Of a stretch of 64,000 bases of DNA, positions 23,361-35,225 are shown one piece after another. The position numbers were made by a program, and so were the translations under genes. The stretch's first letter is position 1; each line of letters opens with the position of its first letter. The DNA is from Lytechinus pictus (Eukaryota), in NCBI RefSeq assembly GCF_037042905.1, contig NC_087245.1, forward strand, positions 21,082,001 through 21,146,000. The letters are read 5' to 3'. The notes beneath the pieces were generated by a model, which was not told where the DNA came from, made no database searches, and saw only the letters and a program-made list of their open reading frames with translations.

Positions 23361-25274
23361 TGTTATACAAGCAATTTGTCTAGAGTTCAATTATTGTGTC
23401 CATTTCATTCTCGTTTGATCTGAACATATAAAATCAAATATCTATGATGGAATAATCGTGACATAATCATTACAATGCCCACACTTTAAAACTTTTTGTT
23501 TGTTTCATTGGAACGGGTAGGTAACTGTTTGTGGGAAACAAATTGAATCCAATAGTGATCTAACCCTTGGTAGCAAAATGCTTTTATCTTGCTGAAAATC
23601 ATGTTTTATTTAATAATTTAGAGGCGAGAATACTTAATGGATCTCCTTTTAAATTTCCTCATTTTCGTAAAGTTAATGGCCCTACGTGTACTGATATCAT
23701 TAGGGGGGGTTCAATCATATTGGTAGCTCCACACGTACACCAGGTGCGGTTCTAGATGTATAAGTTTTTTTGGGGGTGGGGGCTTGAGAAATTTTTGATG
23801 TTGGTTTATTATAATACAATGAAAATGGCCTATTGTGGGTAGCCTTATACTGACCAAGCTGCTACCCCCCCCCCCCCCCACCCCGTACAAATATATTTCT
23901 AATATCATGCGAGGGAGCATAACGACCGAGCAAAAAAACATTTAAAAATGCTTGAGAATTTTTCATCTATAACATGCTTCGGGGCCTGATGGGTGTATGT
24001 AGATGAGGGCATTGAGGGAGTAGGACTGGTTATCAGGAAATGGGTTTGTGTCGTTACTCTCGGCATTTATTCTCAAAATTTAGAGACTTTGAATGTAAAA
24101 AGGTATAATAGAACATGGCAAGAGATGGGGTTTTATTGCCAAGGACACCCCTTGAAAATATTACGAAAGAATGCGTTGACCAAGGAGAAAATGTTTGAAG
24201 TGAAACCTTGCATGAGGAGCACTTTATGAACTTCATGTTTGAAAAATATCTGAAAGCGCTATAAAACCATCAAACTTGACATAAAAATATAGTTTTTTTC
24301 GGCCAATTTAGAAGAGAAAAGTTGTCATCCCCCCAAAAAGAGAAAATATGTAATCTTAAACTTTTTTGCTAAACATTCACCAAACTACACAACATATCCT
24401 TCAATTTTGAAATTGGAAATACTAGTTGTCATGATAATCATTGATCCCTTGCTTCAGAATTAATTTTTCAAAAAATTGCAACATAAGCCACCTCCCCCCC
24501 CCCCCCCCCCCGCCCCACTAAAAATGTTTTTCTGTATACAAACCTATGGAATCACAATGCTTCTAAAACAACATGATGTTACCAACGTTCTCGCCAGGTT
24601 CATTCTGACGCTTGGCGGCGCGAAGCGATGATACGCAAGCCGCGCAGCGGCCTTGGTGTGCGTGCGAAGCACGCACGGGGGGAGGGTCGCGGGAGGGGGG
24701 TGTCCCCCCTCCCGCGCAGAGCGCGGTAGCTATCGAAAATATCAATATCGACGAGCTTAGATTGCTGCTAAATGCACCACATTTTATGTCTATTTAATGC
24801 TTCTCCGGCCACACAGCCGTAACGGTTGCGCGAATTGCGATCGATTGAAGCAGAAAGGCAAGTACTGATGAAAAAGATCAAAAGAAAAGATTTAAATTCA
24901 ATCTCATTTTATACTTACAGTTTATAGATTTATTCACATCAATGACATCGATAATGTACTCCATTCTTTCCAATGTCTAGATCGCTACGTCCTTAGAAAG
25001 TGCGATTCATTTTGAGAATGCGTGTCAATGACCGACTACATCTACGGACCGCATGCGCGCCGCGCCCTTACTCAATCCAAAGATTGTTCCGACTTTGTTT
25101 GGAAGCCTCGGAAGAAAACTTCCGAGGCTTCCAAATAATGGGCATCGGTATTCATGAGACGATATAATTTGCATGTTTGTTTTGTTTTCAGATACTCACT
25201 GAAACTATGACTCTCATAATTAAGACTTCTGCTGATGATGTTTATACTAATAATATCCAATCAAGATTCGTTTA

Positions 25275-25672
25275 TCACTGTCAATTATTGCTATGTTCAT
25301 TTGTATTGTTCTATACTCGCCTATAAAATAATGAATGTGTCCATCACGAGCGGGAGAAATATTTTTAGTCATTCATCATACTTTAATATTACGATTTTGT
25401 TCTTATTATAATTAATTGCGATTTAAAATGTTTTAAAAGTAAAGCTTAATTGACAGGAAAGTAGATTTATACTCACTGTCAATTATTGCTATATGTTCAT
25501 TTGTATTGTTCTATACTCGCCTATAAAATAATGAATGTGTCCATCACGAGCGGGAGAAATATTTTTAGTCATTCATCATACTTTAATATTACGATTTTGT
25601 TCTTATTATAATTAATTGCGATTTAAAATGTTTAGAAAGTAAAGCTTAATTGACAGGAAAGCAGATTTGTAT
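25275..25672. repeat. Near-perfect tandem duplication, 2 x about 198 nt
   Basis: tcactgtcaattattgctat...caggaaag(t/c)agattt starts at 25275 and again at 25473. Confidence 0.95.
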
Positions 25673-26535
25673 TTTTAAATAATGCACTATGTAGGCCTAC
25701 AAATACAGCGTGTGTGAAAGAGAGGAAGAGGGGGGGGGGGGGGTTGTAGCTAGGATGGTCGAAGGGGGAGCGCGAAAGGGGAGGGGTCGTGGCGTGGACA
25801 ATGACAAGGGGATGTTGAGATCGTACGTGTGTGTGGGATTGGTGAAGAAGTCAATATTCGAAGCGAATGCATATTCATAGACACTACTACTGATGATGAC
25901 GGCTGAATAATCTTTCTTTACATGTATATTTTGGCGATTTTAAATTTTTAAAATATTTTCTTGCACCATGAGTGGGAAGATCGAGGTACGTGATTCAATA
26001 AATTGCATCAGTTTTCAAGTTACAGAAATTCACGAACAGATTATTAAAATTGAAAAAAAAAAAGAGTCAGAAAGATCTTTTTATAGCCCCCATCCAGCGT
26101 AAACAACATGAAGAATATTTGAGGTCACGAAACCAGCTGATTCGCATTCAGGTTAACAGGTCACGCACATGGTACACAGTCATTCCAAGGGCGGGAATTC
26201 GGGGAAACCCGTTTTCAAGCACAATGATTGGCTCAACCCAGAAAGTGAACACTAATTAGATCACGTGCCATCGGCTTTGGGGCGTCTCGTTCACATTCCA
26301 ATTCATTTCATAAATATAATCCACTCGCAGTAATTAGGCTAACGACGTTGTAAAGATAACTCTATATATAAAACACAATTCCGATATAAAACATATATAA
26401 CGACATAAGTGAAATTGAAAAATTCATCCAGCGATATTCAAATTATAATAGCGACTCATGTGGGCGTGGGCAAACGAAATACATATCCTCTAAAACGTTC
26501 ACACATATCAACTTCAATAATTCGTACTTGAAATG

Positions 26536-26694
26536 CAGGGGCCGCGGAAAGGTCTTGAAAGTGGGGGGGGGGGGGGCTGACCACCATGCAAAAAACGCAA
26601 TCAGGTGGTCCTGTTTTTGTACACGGTTTTGGAAAAAAAAAGTGGGGGAGCTGAAGCCCATCCAGCCCCCCCCCCCCCTGTTTCCGCGGCCCTG
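26536..26694. mobile_element. hAT-like MITE with 5-nt TSD (AAATG)
   Basis: Ends caggggccgcggaaa / tttccgcggccctg; AAATG at 26531-26535 and 26695-26699. Confidence 0.85.
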
Positions 26695-28185
26695 AAATGA
26701 ATATCTGTGAATGAATTGTCAATTCCACTTGTACTTTTATTGAAATCTATTGAATCACGTACCCCTCCCGACCAAGTCCAAGGGTTGATTTTCCACTCGC
26801 CATAAAGATTATGCAGCCACAATCACAGTAGACACATCCATAAAAGAATATTAATTTAATTCGCTCCGAACATTGACTTCTTTTCGCCAATCCCCTCCCC
26901 CACAAAGTCACAAACATCCCATCATTTTCATTTACATTGCCCACGACCACCTCCCATTATTCTCTTTCTCCTTTACACAAATTAATTTCAAATAATATTT
27001 TATTTTAAATCGTAGTTGTTACAACAAATTCATGAAGCATTCACTGTAATGACTAATTGGCAGGCAAAGAGTAATAAAGAACAATACAAATGAAAATACA
27101 CTGTACGTATAACTCACATTAAAAAATGAGTCGTAATATGATAAAAAGCGTGAATAAAATTAATAAAGATTATTACCTATGAAAATTATAACAGATTCAA
27201 TGAATATCTGAAGAAAAAAAAAAACATTCAAATCGGTTTTGGATCCCATCTAATTTTGGAAGACTCGGATAGATTTTGATGCCATGTGCGATTTGTATTA
27301 TGTATGTGGCCATGGCGAGCGCTAGTGCAGTGACACAGAACTTGGTAGACACACCGTCGCGAAATTAATCAACACTTTCAAAAGATCGATGTAGAGATCA
27401 AGACTTTGGAAATTATGGAGTAAAATTGGAATATAAATGTGAATAATCATTTTGCTGTAAGTAAATGAGTTGGACATTTTATCAATCCATTCCTGTGGCT
27501 GTGGCTTTGTCATTATTAACGTGATCTTTTAATAATTTTCTCAATTCGTTCTACGGCAGTGTCATCAGAAATGCATTCAATGAATTCATGTAGATGTAGC
27601 TATAATAAGGCTGGGGCCTGGGACGAGATGAAACTAAATTTCGATCGAATTTTTATATTATTTTTTGACACACTTTACTTTTGACAAAATAAATGACAAT
27701 ATCAACTGAAATTCGTAACATCTAAATTACATTGCCCAACCCAGTAACCCACGGTACCCCTCTCTTCTCACTTTATTTTTGAGCGTATTTTACTACCATT
27801 TTAAAGACGTAAATAATGAGAGCAATGCGATACACAAATGCGAGGTAAACATCTTCGCACTTCCCAGATAAGAGAGAGAGAGTTAAATTGGGCCTCGAGT
27901 CGAGGTCGTATCGTATACAGCATAGTAGCGAAGCAAAGAAATCCCGGGAAGAAATAATCGACAAGTTTATTTTAGGATCTGAAAAGCAGATTGTTTTTAT
28001 TTTAAATATATTATTCAGTTTATTGTGTGGATCTAGGCCTGTTTTACAGTTGTCGGCCACGGTTGTCGGGGAAGTTCACGGTTGGCGGATTTGCCCTGAA
28101 AATTTTCAGGGTTGTCGGCGCCCGCCAACCGTGACGCGTGGTAGCGAGAACGTTGGATGTTACATTGAACTGATTTGGGTGATAA

Positions 28186-28354
28186 GGGGCCGTTTCATGA
28201 AAGTTGTCAGCACTGACAAATTGTCTTTCTCCGACAGTTACCATAGTAACAGTCAGAGGCCAGTGCCTCTCAGCCAATCAAAACCAAGGATTTAACTGAA
28301 ATTTTCAGCACTGACAATTTAGTCAGCGCTGGCAACTTTCATGAAACACCCACC
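28186..28354. mobile_element. Harbinger-like palindromic MITE
   Basis: TIR gtttcatgaaagttgtcagcactgac / gtcagcgctggcaactttcatgaaac; related to 47131-47270 and 43666-43825. Confidence 0.75.
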
Positions 28355-28379
28355 AGATTTGTTTCATTGAATCCTTCTA

Positions 28380-28601
28380 CATGGTAACAACGCTGTTTAA
28401 TTTTTTATACAACATTGTTTACTAAATATGAACCTTACAGTATTTGTTTATAGGGTTTAAACAAGTATTTAACATCTTAAACAATGTTTAATTTATAATT
28501 CTCAATAAATAAAGCATGGTTGTTTAAATGTTATACAACTACTATAAAGGTCTACATAGTATACAGTGTTGTGTAAAATTTTAAAGAGCGTTTTTACTGT
28601 G
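28380..28601. mobile_element. Small TIR element (CACTA-like mini element, tentative)
   Basis: acatggtaacaacgctgtttaattttttatacaaca pairs with tgttgtgtaaaattttaaagagcgtttttactgtgt. Confidence 0.5.
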
Positions 28602-28712
28602 TTCACTATTTAGGGTTGTTTTGCAATCAGAGTATAGCAGCACGTCTAATTTTACTTTAAAAAAAAAAAAGTTTTTCCTCACTAATCATTCTAAGTTTGT
28701 TACATTAAAAAA

Positions 28713-29660
28713 TTGAATTTGAATTTATTAACAAACTTCATTCATATGGCATGAATATTTTGTTTTAAAATATATACAATGATAACATAAACAAAAACAT
28801 TCATAACTGTATGTCGCATAAATCAGTAATACATCAATACATAGATTTCCAATTATAAAGATATACATCTATATACAAAGAGAAATTACGAATTGAAATT
28901 TAACATAAAGAAGGTGAAGCATAATGCAATATACATAAGTTATCTAATTATCGAATACAAATCAGGAAGTAAATAAATGTATAATGTTAGAGATATATCT
29001 TTGGTAATGGTGGCTTTGGTGGATTTTAGATAGCTTGAATGAAATTTAAAAAGAAAATGTACTTGATGTTAAAACTCACCCTCTTATTTATAATCGCTTT
29101 GAAGAACTTACAAAAATTATCAATTATGTTTTCATTATCAAGTTTCATTATGAATATAAATTTGTCTTCATCTCTAAGGTTCTTAAACTGTTTATACATT
29201 TCAGCTATTTTGTCAAGAAACACCACCCTTTCAGTTGTGTGTACATTACATTCTATTATCGTGTGATACTCATCCCCAACCCTTCCTGAATTACAATTAT
29301 TGCACGTTCTTAAATGTGAGGGTATTTTATCTGGACGTCTATGTCTTCCAGTTTCAATGGGTAAATTATAGGAACTTATTCTAAATCGACAGAAGTTTTC
29401 CGTATTTTCTGATTCTTAACAGTTAATAGATATTTCTCTGTTTGTATATTCTGTTTAAAAAGTTTGTAAGTTCTCAATTTATTTTGTTCAACATCATTTG
29501 CTCGATCATTACGTAAATCCAATAAGAACTGCCGATTGAAAATATCTTCAACTTTGTTTTTTTTTATTTCTTCTTCTACTATTCAATCACTATCGACTAT
29601 CTCACCTAGTTCTAAACAGTTCTTATTCACATCCAAAAAATTGTATAAAAGTTTTCAGAG
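28713..29660 (-). mobile_element. 5'-truncated, frameshifted non-LTR retrotransposon (RTE-X/CR1-group-like) ORF2 3' end
   Basis: Minus-strand translation NKLRTYKLFKQNIQTEKYLL // FCRFRISSYNLPIETGRH...RTCNNCNSGRVGDEYHTIIEC...DKFIFIM (C-terminal Zn-finger-like LINE domain); 3' tail AATAAA plus ttcaaa repeats. Confidence 0.85.
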
Positions 29661-30199
29661 GGACAAAAACATTACAAACTACTGAATTCGGAGAGGACAT
29701 TTTGGACAGAATCCCCCATTTTAGGTTTAAAGTGACACAAAATAAATCAAATTATTAGTTACTCCTGGGCTTTCAGCTTTTAAACAAATTGCATTTCAAC
29801 AATCAATTTTTATTGGTGAAATTGGGGAAAGAGCAAAATGGTAGTTATAATTTTTGCCCTAAAATGCCAGAAATGGTCGAATTTGAGAAAAAAACGTATT
29901 GATTATTTTAAAATTTAGTGCCCAAATAATCTGATATAATCAGTTTACACTACACATATTTCTTTTGTATGATGCACATAGAATGCCACACACACATCCC
30001 CTTTTCATGACATCGCGATTTGCACTCTCATTAATTTGTTAAAAATATATTAACACAGGCATCATATTCATAATTACAAAAGTGCTTAAAATTTCCAGTT
30101 TTCAGCAATTAATATTTTAAAAAATATAGCTGACATTAGGCTTATTAGATTAATAAATAAAAAAAAACAGTTTCATGAATTCCTAATAATTAAATTGTC

Positions 30200-31123
30200 C
30201 TTTTTTTCAGAATGGAATATCTCGCGCTTAAGGAAGAAAAATAGAAGAAAGTTATCATTTTCATATGATGACAAAATGTCCTTAGGATGTCCCGGTCCTA
30301 TTTAACAATTTTCAATAATGCTTGAATTAGTGCATAGAATTACCCTTTTTTAGATAGGAATATCAAATATTTTCAGCTCGCGGTTCGCGATCACATTATT
30401 GATTTTCATGATAAAAATATATTTAGAACGCCCAGATACTAGGCATAAATCTTAAACACACCATGCGCACGCATTTTTATGGAGATACACAGCTTGTTCT
30501 TTATTTAAAACATTCTTAATTTATCCAGTTTCAGACTAAAATTTTTTGCTCGCGCTTCGCGCTCACATTATTGATTTAGGATACCCAATTACCCATTCTT
30601 TTCCACGATTTAAAAAACATGAATAGAGTGACCCGTTTTTAGGTCTAAATCTCTTTTTCCCGCTCACATTGTTTAGTTATATGCCTATCCTGCCCATGAT
30701 TATAAAATTTGCTTAGAATTTCCATTTTTTAAGTTGAAATGTCAAAAAATTTCAACTCTCCTTTCGCTTTATTTGATTATTGAATATTTATCGCTTTATG
30801 GCTAACTACAAACAGTCTTCAACAGGCCTTTTTTCGATCTTTATATACGGATTTTGTTCAGCATCACAAACATTGCCCAGAATATTCGATTTTCAGGACA
30901 GGATACATGAAATTCCCCAAAATTTGCTCGCGCTTCTCGCTCGCATGAGTTAAATATGGCTTTTAATATGAGATTACTATGTTTTATAAGAATAAAGCAA
31001 AGAAGTGACTGTTGCGAAGAAACAAACAGAAATCATCTTTAAGTAGCCGATCGGGGAAAATATAGGTGAATTTCCCCCCCCCCCCCCCCCCCCCCCCCGT
31101 TGGCGAAAGATGGATCCGCCCAT
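30200..31123. mobile_element. Truncated hAT-like non-autonomous element with gctcgcgcttcgcgc internal repeats
   Basis: Right end poly-C...ggatccgcccatg; the internal motif recurs at 38690-38830, 39320-39780 and 40500-40800; left end not found. Confidence 0.55.
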
Positions 31124-31464
31124 GAATTTAGGCCTACTTCAGCACCCCAGCCAAAAAATCGTTCCCAGGGCCATGTCAGACAGTGAGGAAAATGAGAGAG
31201 GGAGGGAAATGTGAAAGAGACCCACACGGGGAAAATGAATGAGAGAGAGACAGAGAATGGAAAAGTGAGAGAGACAGTGGGAAAATCAGAGAGAGAGATT
31301 CAAGAGAGCTATATAGAGAAATTATAAAGAATACAACGGAGCAAGAGGGAGAGAGACAGAGAAAATGTTTTAGATGTGAATTGTGATAAAAAGATGGCTT
31401 CCATGGGCTTTTTAAATGTTTTTTAAAGTAGTATAGGCCTAGGGCTAGGCTATAGATTTCTAGA

Positions 31465-32165
31465 TATTCTTATATTCTTATATGAGAAACTAAATTGTTA
31501 GGATGTACTACCCTATCATGTGAACATAAAATTGGGTATAAAAGATATCTACCTGTCTTCAATTTTTTTTTCTCCAAAATTGTCATTGTAGACCTAACCC
31601 CTTTCGCAAACAAAATGAAATGCCAATCTCTTTTGAATAAAAAAGTGATTTTTCTTTGCCACTTTTATTCACGTTTTAATGTAAATTTCAAATTTTCTTT
31701 GGTATCATCAGAGTGACTAAAAATCTATAAGTTTTGAGACAGAAAATAATAAAATTTATGAAAAATGGACCTAAACCCTTTTGACAAATGAGCTCTTCAG
31801 AAGAGTTTGGTTGCCATAGGGGTTAGGTCCACAAGAAAACATTTTTTTTATTCGTCCATATTTTAATATTCTTATGCGAAACTAAATTTTCATGATACCC
31901 TATACCATGTGAACATAATTTGAGTATAAAAAATCTACCTGTCTTCATATTTTTTTAATAAATATTCTTTTCCAAAAAAAAAATTTGTGGACCTAACCCC
32001 TTTTGAAAAAAGGAGATTTTTCTTTGCCATTTTTGTTTACTTTTTAATGGGAATTTCAACTTTTCTTTGGTATCATCTTATAGAGCTACTAAATATCTAT
32101 ACATTGATTAAAAAAATCAAATTTGATGAAAAATGGACCTAATCCCTTTTGCAACTGAGCTCTTC
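31465..32165. mobile_element. Head-to-tail tandem of a GAAGAG...CTCTTC TIR element (Sola-like, tentative): truncated copy 31465-31798 and full copy 31800-32165
   Basis: Two diverged direct copies; TIR gaagag..gttgc..aggggttaggtcc / ggacctaatcccttttgcaactgagctcttc followed by ATAT. Confidence 0.65.
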
Positions 32166-33486
32166 ATATTCGTAAATCTATTTTCAATGAAATTAACTTG
32201 ACAATTGATACTAAAATGTGCTTAATAAGCAATTGTAATGTAATTTATTGAAAAGGTATTTAAAATGGATTTTAATGCAACCCTTGTAGGATTATGACAT
32301 CATTGACATCAGAATACCTCTAATCATCCAAGCGTTAACACATACCATATAAAAATGGTACCAAATTATTTAGGAGAATACACTCTTTCAGGCCATTATG
32401 TGTTCATGACATATTTTTTTCTTAAATTGGGGATTTGTGAGGTTTAAAATTTGTTTTTACCTCACGCGATATAACAAAACTAATTAAAAAGTTTGTTACA
32501 AAGATCAACAAATTTTAAAAACCTAAATGACGTATTATTATAATTATGAAAATAACAAAAAAGAACAGAGGCCGGGCCTATATTGGGGTATGAAATAAAG
32601 GAGGAAAAATATAGAAAATGTGAAATATAAACTAGAAATATATCCTAAAGTTCCTTAGTATTTGTTTTCATTTATCAGCTTATCTATTTTACCCGAAGAA
32701 AATTAATTATGGTAAACAAAGTACTGTTAGCTAACAAATCATTTTAGTATTACGGAATAAATTATTACTGATTCGCGCTCATTTCAGGCACAAATTTTGC
32801 CCTATTATCAGCATTTTTTTTTTCAAGTTGAATCTAATGAACTCCACAAAAAGTTCTGCACATCGATTTTCGGAAATTTCAGTGACTTTTTTTTAATAAG
32901 TTTAATTTACTATTTCTTATGTTTTGTTGTTGTCTTCTATGACATGAACATTCTAAAGTAAGAAGAAGCGTTGAATTTTATTGAAAGGACATAGACCGAG
33001 ATTATATAATCACTAGGAGGAGTCCATGAACAAAACGACGCACGATGACCATCCATAATAGGGCCATTGTCGTGCACTGGGGGAGAACATGAGCACACAA
33101 TGGCGGGAAATTTGAACCAGATTTTGAACAGCTGAGCGTGGCAGGCGAGAGACAAATGTATTTCGTAGATAGGGTAGAATGTACAGCAAGCAACAACAAC
33201 ATCATCGGTGTAAATGCTGAGGGAAGTGACATGTGCTCTCCAAAACAAAAACAAGACATCCGACAGATTTTATTTTCCTGATATTACTGCATGTGAGACA
33301 GGGAAAATGATATAGAAACTTCAGGAAGCTGATCTCGGGAAAACATAGTTTGGTGGTAGCCAGGTAAGTTATATTATTATCTTAATGTTAGGTGTTAAAA
33401 TTGAAGGAATTATAACCTTTTGAGTTAGTACTTGAAGTTAAGGTAATACGTCATATTGGCGTTTGTCTAGATCGATTAAAAGTGTA

Positions 33487-35220
33487 GGGGAAGGCGGGGT
33501 AAGTTTAGCATAGGGGCAAGTTGAGCCACCAGCCCCAGGCCAATAATGAATGAGTCAGACATTGTGGTGGTGTCGTGTATTGATGACCCATTGATTAACC
33601 CCTAACCCCACCACTCCTAGTACCAATGAGGTCCAACATTACATGTATGGACCTCATAGGCGACATCAGTAGTATTTTGTGTCAGAAATCTTTGTGAAGA
33701 TGATTATTTTTGTATTTTATCAAAACTACAAGCTATCGTACTGTCTAATCATTACATTTCGATCTCACTAATTGAATACATTGTTAGCAATAAAAAAAAT
33801 TGAAAGAAATGAAGGGGAACTTACATTTTCACGGCTTTTTCCTGATTTTCTGGGCAACTGCTCCTCTCTTCTGACTCGCGATCGAAGCTGATATGAAGAT
33901 CACGTGATTCGCGTTCTCGTCAGCTGATCGGTTGGTTATTCTTTTCGTCAGACGTTAATAATATATATTTTATAATGCTAGCATTCATCGCTAATTTAGG
34001 TGAAAGAGATTGAAGTTAAACAGCGCCAGGTCGGAATCATAATTATTTTGGAAGAGTGTATTTATACACTCGATCTCATACCTGACGTAGACGGCGCTAT
34101 TCAACAAATGCACAATCTTCAATATAAAAATAAAACAGAAAGAACGCCTTGAACACAGGCCAAAATGCCAAACGATTTCTCCGCGGCATTAACAACTATC
34201 GTAAAGGGCGCTCCATTTATCAATAAAGATGGACGCTAAGCTGTCTATGGCGACAAAATTTGCCGCAAATATTTACGAAGAATTGTGAGAAATGGTCTGA
34301 AAATGCAACAAAAGAACCGGTGAGTACCGATTAAACATTATTAAATTTATAAATAGATTATACATACCTTGTAGATTTAGTTTTTAAGGTGATATTAGTG
34401 CTTAGTTCTAAGCTAGGGAGGCCCAAACGCGCGTGAGTGGAGTCCCAGTTTATTAGCACGGGTAAGTATTGGGGTGTCGCCTAGAGTGAACCCCACCACA
34501 TTTTTTTCAACTTTGAAACAAAAAGTACTTTTTTAGAGGGAAAAATACAAATTTCAGCAAAATTCAAAAAAGGTAAAAAAGGGTGTGAAAAAGATAAGTG
34601 CTTTTTACACACACGTCTTTAAATATAATAAAGAGATAAGAACAATATTGTTATTCCAGGTGTGGATCTTCATTCTTGTTATAGTCTTTTGCATGATGGA
34701 TGCAGAAATGTGTGGATGCGAAATTGTCCCATTAAGTTCGGACTGGGGTAAGTTGAGCCAGCCAACATGGGGCAAGTTGAGCCATGGCAATTCTTATGAC
34801 AATGTATATATACATGTATATTGAAACAAACTTTAAACAGCCATTGATATGTAGGCAGAAAGGAGAAAATTTACATGACTCGTTTTAGAGGATGTTAGTA
34901 TTTACAACGTATAGAGAATTAGCAAGTGAAAAGGTTTTGAATAAAAAATTGACATGCTGGTTCTTCCCCCATACATTTTGTACATAGTTTTTTGTTGCTC
35001 AACTTACCCCACAGATGGGGCAAGTTGAGCCATTTGACATCTCTTTTTTTTTCAAAGGTGACAATGAATTTTAGTGTGGGGGTAGAAAGTTGTATATAGG
35101 TAAAAAATATTTCATCAGAATTTAATTTTAAGGCAAGGTACTTATTTCTACAAGATTATTAATCATATCAATTCTGAAATGCATAAAGAAAAAAGTGTCA
35201 CAACTTACCCCGCCTTCCCC
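33487..35220. mobile_element. Tc1/mariner (pogo-like) non-autonomous element with TA TSD
   Basis: TIR ggggaaggcggggtaagtt / aacttaccccgccttcccc; TA at 33485-33486 and 35221-35222; internal ggggYaagttgagcca repeats. Confidence 0.88.
33612..34488. mobile_element. 877-nt insertion with 8-nt TSD (hAT- or P-type) nested in the pogo-like element
   Basis: TSD AACCCCAC at 33604-33611 and 34489-34496; ends cactcctag / ctagagtg; taggcgaca / tgtcgccta subterminal match. Confidence 0.8.
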
Positions 35221-35225
35221 TACCA

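Noticed and set aside
27773..28295. 95-135 aa ORFs and a possible donor gag|gtaaac at 27845
   Set aside because: ORFs run through a MITE and lack homology cues; the donor alone is too weak to call an exon
33045..33360. Frame interrupted mainly by TGA codons (selenoprotein?)
   Set aside because: No selenoprotein motif, no SECIS identified, and a TAG also occurs; ordinary decay or chance explains it
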